NCBI GenBank assembly: GCA_024639415.1 | Contig: JAHEIK010000001.1 | Location: 1-29,094 of the forward strand | Length of the DNA: 29,094 nucleotides | Direction of reading: 5' to 3' | Origin: Planctomycetota bacterium | GTDB taxonomy: Bacteria; Planctomycetota; PLA2; JAEUHO01 | Shown here: piece by piece, positions 15,117 through 27,034 of the stretch | How the letters are laid out: each line of letters opens with the position of its first letter | Position numbering within the stretch: the stretch's first letter is position 1 | Notes under the pieces: generated by a model | Told to the model about the DNA's origin: nothing | Database searches by the model: none | What the model saw: the letters and a program-made list of their open reading frames with translations, nothing else | Made by a program: the position numbers and the translations under genes

Positions 15117-15815
15117 ATGGAGTGGGTGGACGCCACCGTGGCGGAGGTCGTTCAGGAGACGCCGATCGATCGCAGCTTCGTGCTCGCTCTGCCCGCGGAG
15201 CAGCACGACGAGTTCGCTTTCGAGCCGGGCCAATACCTCGCCTTGCGCGATCCGGCCGACGGCGCAGAGCGCGACTGGTACTTCTCGCTCTCCGGCGCAC
15301 CGAGCGACGAGGGCTTCCTGCGGATCACGGTGCGTGGGCGCGGCGACCCGGTACAGCCGATCTACGAGGCGCCTGTCGGCACGACCTGGCGCCTGCAACC
15401 GCCGGCCGGGTCGTTCCGCTTCCGAGCGGGGGACGCCGAGCACGTCGTCCTGATCGGCGCGGGCTCCGGGGTCACACCGTTCCGCGCACTGGTCGAGCAC
15501 CGCAGTCTCGAAGGCGACGAGCGTCCCGTCAGTCTGCTGCAATGCGCCCGCCTGCCGGAGGAGCTGCTGTTCCACAAGGAGTTCATGGCCTGGTCCGACG
15601 TCTGGGACGCCCTGACCTACGTACCGACCGTGACGGGAGATACCGCGGACTGGAACGGCAGGCGCGGCCGCATCGATGAGGCCATCCTGCGCACGGCGCT
15701 CGGTGACGTGCGTCAGGTGCGGATCTACGCCTGCGGGCCCAACCCGTTCGTCGACGAGGTCCTCGCCCTGGCGGCGGCCCTGGGGGTCGACGAAGCGCGC
15801 TGCCATCGGCAGTAG
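15117..15815 (+). CDS. FAD/NAD(P)-binding oxidoreductase, ferredoxin-NADP reductase (FNR)-like
   Basis: 232 aa from ATG 15117 (SD aggag). FEPGQY, YFSLS, LIGAGSGVTPF and YACGPNPFV motifs. Confidence 0.85.
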   Translation: MEWVDATVAEVVQETPIDRSFVLALPAEQHDEFAFEPGQYLALRDPADGAERDWYFSLSGAPSDEGFLRITVRGRGDPVQPIYEAPVGTTWRLQPPAGSFRFRAGDAEHVVLIGAGSGVTPFRALVEHRSLEGDERPVSLLQCARLPEELLFHKEFMAWSDVWDALTYVPTVTGDTADWNGRRGRIDEAILRTALGDVRQVRIYACGPNPFVDEVLALAAALGVDEARCHRQ

Positions 15816-15873
15816 CGCGTGCGCCGGAAGCAGGCGGCGGCGCGGGGCGCGAATCTGCCGTAGGCTTGAGGGC

Positions 15874-16755
15874 ATGCTCCGACATCGCCTAGCGTTCGTG
15901 CTCACGACGAGTGTCCTCGTGCTCGCGGCTTTCGCGCTGCTCGTGGCACCTGCGACCGTCGCCGAGGACGAGGACAAGCAGAAGGAGAGCGAGGGGATCC
16001 TCAAGCTCATCCGGCCCCGTCCGGGGGAGACGATCGCGGACGTCGGTTGCGGCAAGGGCACGTGGACCTTCCCCCTCGCGCGCGCGGTGGGCACGCACGG
16101 ACGCATCTACGGGGTCGACATCGATCGCGCCAAGATCGAGACGGTCCGCAAGCAGCTGACGAGTGAAGGCGTGAGCAACATCACGCTGGTGCACTCCCTC
16201 CCCGACGACCCGATGCTGCCGAAGGACTCGCTGGACGCGGTGTTCCTCAATGACGTGATCGACTACGTCGAGCGCGCTGCGCTGGCCGGCTTCCTCGACG
16301 GCATCCGCATCGCACTCAAGCGGAACGGCCGCCTGATCCTGCGGGACCCCAAGGGCAACCCCAGTCGGGTCATCGCCGAGTGCTACCGCGCCGGATTCAA
16401 TCTCGTCGAAGCGAAGATCCCGCTGGGCGACGTGCCCCAGAGCAGCTTCTCGAGTAGCTGGTATGCGTTGAAGCTCCGCCGCGCGCCGGAGATGCAGCCG
16501 GCCATCCTGCCGCGACTCGGCGAGCCGCGCCGCTACCGTACGCGCCTGCATCTGGCCGAGGAGCTCTTCCGGGCACGTCTCATCACCCGCGAGGAACTGC
16601 GGACCACGTGGGAGTCGATCGTGAATGCGCCGGGCGACTTCGACCCGGCGAGCGACGAACCGCTGGACCTCATCCGCGCCGCAGAGGCCACCGGCGTGCT
16701 CACGGCGGACCGGGCCAAGGCCCTGCGCAAGCGCGTGGCGAAGAAGGACCGCTGA
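15874..16755 (+). CDS. Class I SAM-dependent methyltransferase with N-terminal signal peptide or anchor and C-terminal helical extension
   Basis: 293 aa from ATG 15874. Hydrophobic leader LAFVLTTSVLVLAAFALLVAPATVA. Motif I IADVGCGKG, then YGVDID, DAVFLND and GRLILRD. Confidence 0.82.
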   Translation: MLRHRLAFVLTTSVLVLAAFALLVAPATVAEDEDKQKESEGILKLIRPRPGETIADVGCGKGTWTFPLARAVGTHGRIYGVDIDRAKIETVRKQLTSEGVSNITLVHSLPDDPMLPKDSLDAVFLNDVIDYVERAALAGFLDGIRIALKRNGRLILRDPKGNPSRVIAECYRAGFNLVEAKIPLGDVPQSSFSSSWYALKLRRAPEMQPAILPRLGEPRRYRTRLHLAEELFRARLITREELRTTWESIVNAPGDFDPASDEPLDLIRAAEATGVLTADRAKALRKRVAKKDR

Positions 16756-16756
16756 C

Positions 16757-17557
16757 ATGCTGCGCCTCACGTGGATCCTGCTCGCCGCGCTCGCCACGAC
16801 CGGCTGCCTCAAGGACCGCTCGGCCACGACGATTCGCAAGGACGGCAGCGGCACCTTCACCCAGGTCACGACGATCGACATGGAGAAGGCCAAGGCTCAC
16901 GTCAAGGCCCTGAAGGCCCAGGCCCGCGGACTGGGCCTGCCGCCGGAGGATGTGGAGCCGGACGTCTTCGCTGCGATCGATGCGAACAAGCGTGCGGCGG
17001 CCCTCAAGAAGCGCAAGGGCATACGCATCACGCGTTCGCAGCAGAGCGAGGATGCGAAGAAGAAGACGCGCACGTACGAACTGGGCGTCGCCTTCGACTC
17101 GCTGCAGGCGCTGTACTCCGCGGGCGTCCTGGAAGACGTGAGCGTGAAGCTCGAGCGGGTCGAGGTGAAGAAGAACAAGGCCTGGAAGCTGACCATCCGC
17201 CACGTGTTCGACGGCAACGATCGCGAGCCGCTGGTCGGCGAGGCGGCGGAGCAGCTCCGGGCGCTGCGCACCAAGATGCTGAAGCGCTACGAGGCGCTGT
17301 GGGGAACGATGGAGGTCACGTCGACGCTGACCCTCCCGACGCCCATCCTGGCCGCGAACGGCGTGCGCAGCTCGGAGGAGGGCGTCCACCGGGTGTCGTG
17401 GCGGATCGGATTCCGTGACCTGGCCGACGCCGGCAAGCTCGTACAGCAGGTGACCTTCGAGGACGCGGAGGGGCTGAAGCTGAAGCCGTTCGAGCTCTCG
17501 GCGAACGACATCGCCAACGCCATCGAAGAAGCCGAGCTGGAGGCAGAAAAGCGGTAG
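16757..17557 (+). CDS. Putative lipoprotein, possibly LppM-like fold
   Basis: 266 aa, starting 1 nt after the methyltransferase stop. Leader MLRLTWILLAALATTGC. GC...TIRKDGSG and LTLPTPILAANG...VSW resemble LppM-type lipoproteins (family call tentative). Confidence 0.65.
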   Translation: MLRLTWILLAALATTGCLKDRSATTIRKDGSGTFTQVTTIDMEKAKAHVKALKAQARGLGLPPEDVEPDVFAAIDANKRAAALKKRKGIRITRSQQSEDAKKKTRTYELGVAFDSLQALYSAGVLEDVSVKLERVEVKKNKAWKLTIRHVFDGNDREPLVGEAAEQLRALRTKMLKRYEALWGTMEVTSTLTLPTPILAANGVRSSEEGVHRVSWRIGFRDLADAGKLVQQVTFEDAEGLKLKPFELSANDIANAIEEAELEAEKR

Positions 17558-17589
17558 GGGCCGCGCCGCTCGGCCGTCGTCAGCATCCG

Positions 17590-17643
17590 CGTAGGGGCCG
17601 CCCGAGGTCGCGCGCGCAGCGCGCGACCGGGTGGCTGCCTACG
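17590..17643. repeat. GTAG-tagged REP-like hairpin
   Basis: cgtagg/cctacg, gccgccc/gggtggc and perfect ggtcgcgcgc/gcgcgcgacc around a 3-nt loop. It starts gtaggggcc like the arm at 12365. A further gtaggggccgc at 17554 overlaps the lipoprotein stop. Confidence 0.75.
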
Positions 17644-17664
17644 TCGCGTTCCTGCGGCGGGCCG

Positions 17665-17694
17665 CGTAACCGTGATCGTGGCCGTGGCCGTGGG
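17665..17694. repeat. CGTRnn hexamer tandem tract (5 units)
   Basis: cgtaac cgtgat cgtggc cgtggc cgtggg. Confidence 0.7.
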
Positions 17695-17713
17695 CTCGAT
17701 CATTCGTGGGGAC

Positions 17714-17740
17714 GTGAGGGCGATAGGGTGAGGGAGTGAG
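17714..17740. repeat. Dispersed 27-nt GTGAG motif, copy D
   Basis: gtgagggcga-tagg-gtgaggga-gtgag matches copy A at 22 of the 23 non-spacer positions. Confidence 0.75.
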
Positions 17741-17764
17741 CGTGAGGGGGTGTAGCAGCCCCCC

Positions 17765-18694
17765 CTACGGGTACAGGTCGGCCAGCGCGGCTGCGAGCGT
17801 CTCGTGCTCGAAGGCAAAGCCACGCTCCTGCAGGACCGCCGGCAACACGCGCTGCCCGGTGGTGAGCACGGCAGCCCCCCGCCCGAAGAGCGCCTTGAGT
17901 GCGAGCGCGGGCACAGGCAGGAACGCCGGGCGCCCAAGGGCCGCAGCGAAGGCGCGCGTGAGCTCGCGGTTGGTCACGGGAGCGGGTGCCGTCGCGTTGA
18001 CCGGGCCCCGCACACCGCCGTCTGCCAAGCAGAAGACGATCAGGCGCGCGAGGTCGCCCACGTGGATCCAGGACATCACCTGGTGCCCGCTGCCGATGCG
18101 CCCCCCCACGCCCCAGCGGAACGGGCGCTCCATCTTCGCCAGCGCTCCGCCCCCGCGCCCAAGCACCACCCCGATGCGCAAGCACACGACGCGCGTGCCC
18201 GCCGACTCCGCGGCGTGGGCCGCCGCCTCCCAGTCGCGACACAGGACCGCCAGGAAGTCGTGGCCGAGGTTCGTGGTCGCCTCGGTACACGCCTCCTCGG
18301 CCTCGCGGGGTCCGTAGATCCCGATCGCCGACGCGGACAGCAGCACGGCGGGCGCCTGCGGGAGGCTAGCCATCGCGGTGACGAGCGTGCGCGTCGTCGC
18401 GATGCGGCTGCGGCGAATGCGCTCGAGGAACGCCGTGCTCCAGCGGCTGCCGAGGACGTTCTCGCCTGCGAGGTTGACGACGGCGTCGCACCCTGCGAGC
18501 GCAGCGCACACCGAGCGCTCCTCGAGAGGGTCGTAGAGACGGGCCGCCGCTCCGGGGATGGCGGCCTCGAAGGCCGCCGGCTCCCGCCCGGGTGATGCGC
18601 GCAGCAGCGCGACCGGCTCGTGGCCGGCCGTGAGCAGGTGCGGCAGCAGCACGCGGCCCAAGAAGCCGGTAGCACCAGTGACTGCGACACGCAT
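17765..18694 (-). CDS. TIGR01777-family (YfcH-like) NAD-binding oxidoreductase/epimerase
   Basis: 309 aa. VAVTGATGFLG, AVVNLAGENV...RWS, SASAIGIYG, LRIGVVLG, GSGHQVMSWIH, GPVNATAP and C-terminal QRVLP..L...GF.F. Confidence 0.9.
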   Translation of the reverse strand: MRVAVTGATGFLGRVLLPHLLTAGHEPVALLRASPGREPAAFEAAIPGAAARLYDPLEERSVCAALAGCDAVVNLAGENVLGSRWSTAFLERIRRSRIATTRTLVTAMASLPQAPAVLLSASAIGIYGPREAEEACTEATTNLGHDFLAVLCRDWEAAAHAAESAGTRVVCLRIGVVLGRGGGALAKMERPFRWGVGGRIGSGHQVMSWIHVGDLARLIVFCLADGGVRGPVNATAPAPVTNRELTRAFAAALGRPAFLPVPALALKALFGRGAAVLTTGQRVLPAVLQERGFAFEHETLAAALADLYP

Positions 18695-18700
18695 GCGGCT

Positions 18701-20269
18701 CTAGCGCCTCTTCAAGGGAACTTCGAACGACCTGCGCACGAGGTGCAAGCGGCCCTCACGCAGACGCCCTTGGAACGGTTCACCGGCCATCTTCTTGCCC
18801 GCCGGAATACGCTCGGGATCGGGCCGGAAGACCACGATCTCATCCACCACCTGATAGGTCCCGGCGATGGGCTCCGGCCGCTTCGGATCGGGCACCTGGA
18901 AGCTGAGTTCGAACGCGCCGTCGCGCTCCAAGACGAGTTGCATGCCACCCTTGAGCGCGCGCTCGATCTCCTTGCGCGGCGGCGCGAAGCGCGGGGGCCG
19001 CCTGCGATCCGGACGCATGGCCTTCAGGCGCTGCTGGAGCGCTTCCCGGTCGACGACCCACGTACCTGCCAGGGCCTGGGCCTCCGCCAAGGGCGGCGCG
19101 GGCTGCGGGGGGACGGTCTTCACCCGTGTCGGCGGGACCTCGTCGCTGGGCTGCCGGGCCTCCTTGCCGCCGCGCTCGCGAGCCATGTCGAGCCCGCCGC
19201 CACCCCGGTCTGCGTCCTCGCCGCTGTCGCTGAACAAGAGCAGGAGCGGAAGACCCAGACACAGCACCGTGAGCACCATCCAAACCGTCCGGCGGGAACT
19301 GCCCGACAGGGTGAAGGTGCCACCGGGCAGCGAGCCCCCGCCCGCGGGACGCGGGGCCTCCGTCGCAACCGGCTCGGGGGGCGGCGGCGTGGGCGGCGGC
19401 GGCGCGGCCGCGGCCTCCGGCCCTGTGAACGCCTCCACCATGGCATCGCAGGTCGGCCAGCGCTCCTCCGGGTCACGCTGCAGCGCGCGCATGACGGCGG
19501 CGGAGACCACGGCCGGGACATCCGGCGCGATCTCGTGGAGTACGGGCGGCATCTCCGTCTGCTTCTTGAGCAGGACGTCCACGGCCGTCTCGCCCTCGTG
19601 CGTGGGTCGCCCGGCGAGCGCCTCGTAGACCGTCGCGGCGAGCGAGTACTGGTCGGACGCGCCCGTAAGGCTGCTCTGCCGCGGCTGCTCGGGGGCCATG
19701 TAGGCCGGCGAGCCCGGCGTGGTGCCCGTCACGGTGAGTCCCGTGTCGGCGCCCCCCACTGCCTTCGCAATGCCGAAGTCGGAGAGGTAGGCGTGACCGT
19801 AGTCGTCGAACAGGACGTTGTCCGGCTTGATGTCCCGGTGCACGACGCCTTGCGCGTGGATGAAGTCCAGCGCGCGACAGAGGTCGCGTAGCCACGACTG
19901 CACATCCGTGAGCCCGAGCGGCTTGCCCTTGGCCGCACGGATGCGATCGCCCAGGCTGCCGCCGGGCAGGAACTGCATGACGAGGAACGGCAGTCCCTCG
20001 TGCTCGCCACGGGCGAGGATCCGGACGATGTGCGGATGCTGCAGCGAGATGAGGTCGCGCGTCTCGCGCTCGAAGCGCTCCCGGAAGCCGGCCTCGGCGA
20101 GGTAGGCCGTATGCGGCACCTTCACGACGACGGGCATCTCGAGCTGGTCGTCCGAGGCCAGGTAGACGCTGGCCATGCCGCCGCCGCCGAGCTTGCGCTC
20201 GACGGTGTAGCGACCGAGGAGGGTCGTCCCCTCGAGGCTCACGCTCCAACGGTCGGCGGGATCGCTCAT
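18701..20269 (-). CDS. Membrane-anchored Hanks-type Ser/Thr kinase with Pro-rich linker and extracytoplasmic beta-rich (lipocalin-like) domain
   Basis: 522 aa from ATG 20269 (GTG 20299 also possible). LGGGGMASVY, VVVK, HRDIKPDN, DFG and GSPAYMAPEQ motifs. TM VWMVLTVLCLGLPLLLLF. C-terminal LAGTWVVD...GTYQV. Confidence 0.9.
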   Translation of the reverse strand: MSDPADRWSVSLEGTTLLGRYTVERKLGGGGMASVYLASDDQLEMPVVVKVPHTAYLAEAGFRERFERETRDLISLQHPHIVRILARGEHEGLPFLVMQFLPGGSLGDRIRAAKGKPLGLTDVQSWLRDLCRALDFIHAQGVVHRDIKPDNVLFDDYGHAYLSDFGIAKAVGGADTGLTVTGTTPGSPAYMAPEQPRQSSLTGASDQYSLAATVYEALAGRPTHEGETAVDVLLKKQTEMPPVLHEIAPDVPAVVSAAVMRALQRDPEERWPTCDAMVEAFTGPEAAAAPPPPTPPPPEPVATEAPRPAGGGSLPGGTFTLSGSSRRTVWMVLTVLCLGLPLLLLFSDSGEDADRGGGGLDMARERGGKEARQPSDEVPPTRVKTVPPQPAPPLAEAQALAGTWVVDREALQQRLKAMRPDRRRPPRFAPPRKEIERALKGGMQLVLERDGAFELSFQVPDPKRPEPIAGTYQVVDEIVVFRPDPERIPAGKKMAGEPFQGRLREGRLHLVRRSFEVPLKRR

Positions 20270-20329
20270 CAGGGGCAAGAGTACCCGACTCGTGGACACA
20301 CGGACACGGGCTCCATGCCTGCCGCCGGC

Positions 20330-21139
20330 TCAAGCCTCCGGCGGATGCTGGTCGAAGCGGCTGCGCTTGCGGACTCCGGACTCGTACGGGTCCTTGCGCC
20401 GCGTCCGCTCGTAGCGCTTCGAGCGCGCGGCGCCGCTCACGTAGCGATGCGAGTGGCCCTGCTCAGCAAGCTCGGCGTCGGCCAGGCCGGGTGCAAGCGG
20501 CTTCAGGATCAGCATGAGCGCGAGACCGGAGGCGAAGCCGCCCAGGTGCGCCATGTGCGCGACGAGGTCTCCGGTCTCGACCTCGATGCTGACGAGCAGC
20601 GGGAGAACGTCCTGCAGGACGAACCAGAGGCCCATGATCCAGCGCGCGTTGACCTTCAGCACGTTGATGTAGACGTACAGGAACACGAAGAGCTTCACGC
20701 GGTGGCGCGGGCAGATGATGAAGTAGAGCCCTTGCACGCCGCTGATCGCCCCCGAGGCGCCGATGAGAGGCATGGTCGAGTCGGCGTTGAAGGCGCCGAA
20801 GATCAGCGTCGCAGCGACGCCCACCGCGAGATATGCCAGCAGATAGCCGAGCGCCCCGAGGCGCGCTCCGATGTTGTCTCCGAAGATCCACAGGAAGAGC
20901 ATGTTGCCGCCGAGGTGCAACCAATCGGCGTGCAGGAACATGCTGCTGAAGATGGTCTGGACGCTGCCGTCAGCGGGCGTGTAGCCGTACTCGCCTACGA
21001 ACTCCCGGAACGCGGCGTCGGTGGTGTACGTCGCCCGCATCCAGATGAACGCCAAGACGTTCACGGCGATCAGCGCGTAGTTCATCCACGCGATGCGCTT
21101 GGGGTCGTTGGGTTCGTCGCCGATGGGTAGCAGGATCAT
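20330..21139 (-). CDS. Rhomboid-family intramembrane serine protease
   Basis: 269 aa. SMFLHADWLHLGGNM, catalytic GASG and AHLGG motifs, several TM helices. Confidence 0.92.
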   Translation of the reverse strand: MILLPIGDEPNDPKRIAWMNYALIAVNVLAFIWMRATYTTDAAFREFVGEYGYTPADGSVQTIFSSMFLHADWLHLGGNMLFLWIFGDNIGARLGALGYLLAYLAVGVAATLIFGAFNADSTMPLIGASGAISGVQGLYFIICPRHRVKLFVFLYVYINVLKVNARWIMGLWFVLQDVLPLLVSIEVETGDLVAHMAHLGGFASGLALMLILKPLAPGLADAELAEQGHSHRYVSGAARSKRYERTRRKDPYESGVRKRSRFDQHPPEA

Positions 21140-21151
21140 GCGGCGCGTAGC

Positions 21152-24175
<3,024 letters not shown>

Positions 24176-24292
24176 GCAGGCGAGTGTAGGAGAAGCGGGC
24201 CTTCCCTGCCGAAACGCCTCCTCTACCGGGGAAGGGGATGCGCGCCCCGCGCCCATCAGGCACCATGGTTCATCGAAAGGGGCGCTGCCTGG

Positions 24293-24679
24293 ATGGCGAG
24301 GATCCTGATCGTCGAAGACAACGCCATGAACCTCGACATGCTCTCGAGGCGACTGGCCCGCCGCGGCCACACGATCCTCACGGCCGGCGATGGGCGCTCG
24401 GGTATCGACACCGCGCGAGCGGAGCAGCCTGAGCTGATCCTGATGGACTTGAGCCTTCCCGAGATCGACGGGTGGGAAGCCACGCGACGCCTCAAGGCCG
24501 ACGCCGCGACGGCCGCGATCCCCGTGATCGCGCTCACGGCTCACGCGATGGATGGCGACCGGGAGAAGGCTGTGGAGGCGGGCTGCGACGACTACGCTAC
24601 GAAGCCGATCGATCTACCAGCGCTCCTGGCCAAGATCGCAGCCCTGGTTCCCGGCGACGGCACCGATGCGGGACACTGA
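24293..24679 (+). CDS. Single-domain response regulator (CheY/DivK-like)
   Basis: 128 aa. ILIVEDN, ILMDLSLPEIDG, IALTAHAM and YATKPID. Confidence 0.92.
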   Translation: MARILIVEDNAMNLDMLSRRLARRGHTILTAGDGRSGIDTARAEQPELILMDLSLPEIDGWEATRRLKADAATAAIPVIALTAHAMDGDREKAVEAGCDDYATKPIDLPALLAKIAALVPGDGTDAGH

Positions 24680-25040
24680 TCCTCACGATGGCCCGCCGCC
24701 GCTGGTCGACATGCCCGCCCTGCGCGCCGTCGCAGAGGACTGTGGCTGGAGCCCCAAGGAGTTCGCCACGTTCTACGAGGACGGCGTACGCAAGGAACTC
24801 GCCGCGCTGCGAGCTGCGATCGAGGTGAAGGACGGCACCGAAATCACGCGACTTGCACACGGCGCCCGGGGCTCGAGCGCGGCGGCATGCATCCCGGCGA
24901 TGGCCGCGGCCTTCAGGTCTCTGGAGGAGGCAGAGCCGAAGGACGCAGCGGCGCGGCTGGACGATGCCGAGGCACTCCTCGAGCGGGTGCTCGAGCGCCT
25001 CGCCGCGCTGTGCGACGGGAGCGATCAGCCGGGCTGCTGA
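24666..25040 (+). CDS. Stand-alone Hpt (histidine phosphotransfer) protein
   Basis: About 124 aa from ATG 24666 (start uncertain; ATG 24711 also possible). All-helical, with LAHGARGSSA resembling the Hpt motif AHxLKGSS. Confidence 0.72.
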   Translation: MRDTDPHDGPPPLVDMPALRAVAEDCGWSPKEFATFYEDGVRKELAALRAAIEVKDGTEITRLAHGARGSSAAACIPAMAAAFRSLEEAEPKDAAARLDDAEALLERVLERLAALCDGSDQPGC

Positions 25041-26224
25041 CCTGCCTCGAGAGCCAAGCACGAGACGTCGTCCTCGAAGCCGGGCTTGCCCGTCCACTCG
25101 TCGACCGAGTTCGTGAGGCGCTCCAGGGTCTCGTCGAGCGGAATGGCGCGGTCGTCATCCAGGGTCCGCGCCAGCTGCTCCACACCGAAGTTGGCACCCT
25201 CCGGATTGCGTGCCTCGCTCAATCCGTCGCTGTAGACGTACAGGCGCTCGCGCGGCTTGAGCGTGATGCTGCGCTCCACATAGCGCACGCTCGGCGCCAC
25301 ACCGATGGGCGGCCCTGTAGCGTCAAGCAGTCCCGGCGCGTCGCCGCCGCGCACGAGAACGGCGCCCGGGTGACCGGCCGAGACGTAGCGCAGCTCGAGC
25401 GTCCGCAGGTCGAGGACGCCGTAGAAGAGCGTGAAGAACTGCCCCCGCGTCGAACGCTTGGCGAAGCGGTCGTTGAGGCGCCGCGCGACCTCAGCGGGAG
25501 GCGCAAGGCGCGGCCGGGAGTCGACGTGATCCTTCCGCATGAGCACGGTCGATTGGTTGGGATCGGCCACCAGGGTGCGGCTCAGCGTGACGGCCATCAG
25601 CGCCGCGGGCACACCGTGCCCGCTGACGTCGAGCAGGTAGAAGCCTGCGTGCCCTGCGTCCAGGGGAAACACGTTGAGGACATCTCCGGCCAGCTCCGTG
25701 CGCGGCCGCAGACGCCAGGCGAACTCGACTGTCGTGAAGCGTGGCAGCTCGATCGGCAAGAGGGAGTGCTGGATCTCCGCCGCGGCGGCGAGGTCCTCGG
25801 ACATTCGCGCATTGGCCGTCCGCAGCTCCGCGTTGCGGGCCGCGAGGTCGCGCTGCAACTCGACGATGCGCATCCCTGCGCGCAGCCGAGCGCGGAGGAC
25901 GGTCGGGTCGAACGGCTTGCTCAGGAAGTCGTCGGCACCCGCCTCGATGCCTGTGACCAGATCCTCGGTCCCGCGCTTCGAGGTCAGGAGGACGATGTAC
26001 GCATAGCCGTCGTCCTCGAGGGAGCGGATGCGGCGGACGAGCCCGGGTCCGTCCAAGGCAGGCATCATCCAGTCCGAGACCACGATGGCAGGCCGCTCGG
26101 CCTGATAGAGCGCCCACGCCGTGAGACCGTCTTCAGCGACCAGCACGTCGTGGCCGTCCGACGCCAGCACGCCCTGCAGGCGCCTGAGCGTGACCGCGTC
26201 ATCGTCGGCGACGAGGATCTTCAC
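25025..26224 (-). CDS. Response regulator with PP2C/SpoIIE-type phosphatase output (RsbU-like)
   Basis: 399 aa from GTG 26224 (GTGA overlap with the upstream stop). REC motifs ADDD, VSDWMMP and FLSKP, then a coiled coil. PP2C motifs LAGD, DVSGHG, YSDG and EDD. Confidence 0.9.
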   Translation of the reverse strand: MKILVADDDAVTLRRLQGVLASDGHDVLVAEDGLTAWALYQAERPAIVVSDWMMPALDGPGLVRRIRSLEDDGYAYIVLLTSKRGTEDLVTGIEAGADDFLSKPFDPTVLRARLRAGMRIVELQRDLAARNAELRTANARMSEDLAAAAEIQHSLLPIELPRFTTVEFAWRLRPRTELAGDVLNVFPLDAGHAGFYLLDVSGHGVPAALMAVTLSRTLVADPNQSTVLMRKDHVDSRPRLAPPAEVARRLNDRFAKRSTRGQFFTLFYGVLDLRTLELRYVSAGHPGAVLVRGGDAPGLLDATGPPIGVAPSVRYVERSITLKPRERLYVYSDGLSEARNPEGANFGVEQLARTLDDDRAIPLDETLERLTNSVDEWTGKPGFEDDVSCLALEAGQQPG

Positions 26225-26973
26225 GCACCCGCCCCCGCGACGCGCCGCCGCAGCTCGCTGCAGACGTCCGCGATGCTCACGCGCAGAGGCTCGAGCAGGT
26301 CGGAGGCGGCTGCGAGGTCGCCCGCTTCTGCTGCGTCCTCCACGCGCTCGGCGGCCTGGATCGCCTCCGCCGCACCGAAGTTGCCGACCGAGCCCTTGAG
26401 CTTGTGCGCGGCGCGCTCCAGCTCGTAGGCCGCGCCCCGCTGATGGGCGTCCTCGACCTCGGCGAGCATACCGTCGGACCGCTCGAGGAACAGGGTCGCC
26501 ATCTGGCACAGCAACGCCTCGTCGCCGAGCACCAGATCCAGCGCCGCATCCCATCCCAGGACGGTGCTCGGCTCCTGCGGCGTGGGGACCTCCGCGCTCC
26601 CCTCGCCGACCACCGCGGCCATGGCTGCCTCGAGTTCCGCGATGTCGATAGGCTTGGTCACCCCAGCATCCATCCCGGCGTCGAGACAGCGCTGGAGCTT
26701 GTCCGGCCCGAAGTGCGCCGTCAGGGCGATGATCGGAATGCGGCCGCCACACTCCGCCTCATGGCGCCGGATCGCGGCTGTGGCCGCGACGCCGTCCATG
26801 ATCGGCATCTGCATGTCCATCAGGACGAGGTCGAAGCCGTTCGGCGAGGCGATCACCCGCTGCAGGGCCTCCTCGCCGTCGCGAGCGAGCGTGACCTCGT
26901 GCCCCTGCCGCTGGAGCAAGCGCACGCCCAACTGCTGATTGATCTCGTTGTCTTCGGCCAGCAGGATCCGCAT
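26221..26973 (-). CDS. REC-Hpt two-domain phosphorelay protein
   Basis: 250 aa from ATG 26973. REC motifs LLAEDN, LMDMQMPIMDG, ALTAH and VTKP. Hpt motif AAHKLKGSVGNFG. Confidence 0.88.
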   Translation of the reverse strand: MRILLAEDNEINQQLGVRLLQRQGHEVTLARDGEEALQRVIASPNGFDLVLMDMQMPIMDGVAATAAIRRHEAECGGRIPIIALTAHFGPDKLQRCLDAGMDAGVTKPIDIAELEAAMAAVVGEGSAEVPTPQEPSTVLGWDAALDLVLGDEALLCQMATLFLERSDGMLAEVEDAHQRGAAYELERAAHKLKGSVGNFGAAEAIQAAERVEDAAEAGDLAAASDLLEPLRVSIADVCSELRRRVAGAGA

Positions 26974-27034
26974 CGTCACCGCCCAGGCGCCCCCGCGCCG
27001 CCCCGACTCTACTTCAAGGGCGCCGCGACCGGGA

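Noticed and set aside
14685-16106. 473-aa FHA fusion, and other upstream-extended ORF calls (4569, 11448, 14943, 15676, 16625, 23420, 24544, 26752, 27171 starts)
   Set aside because: The extensions overlap neighbouring real genes. Downstream starts with an SD, translational coupling or a -10 hexamer fit the domain boundaries better.
20295-20310. Third CGT-hexamer tract (cacggacacggg)
   Set aside because: Only two units are present, too short to distinguish from chance.
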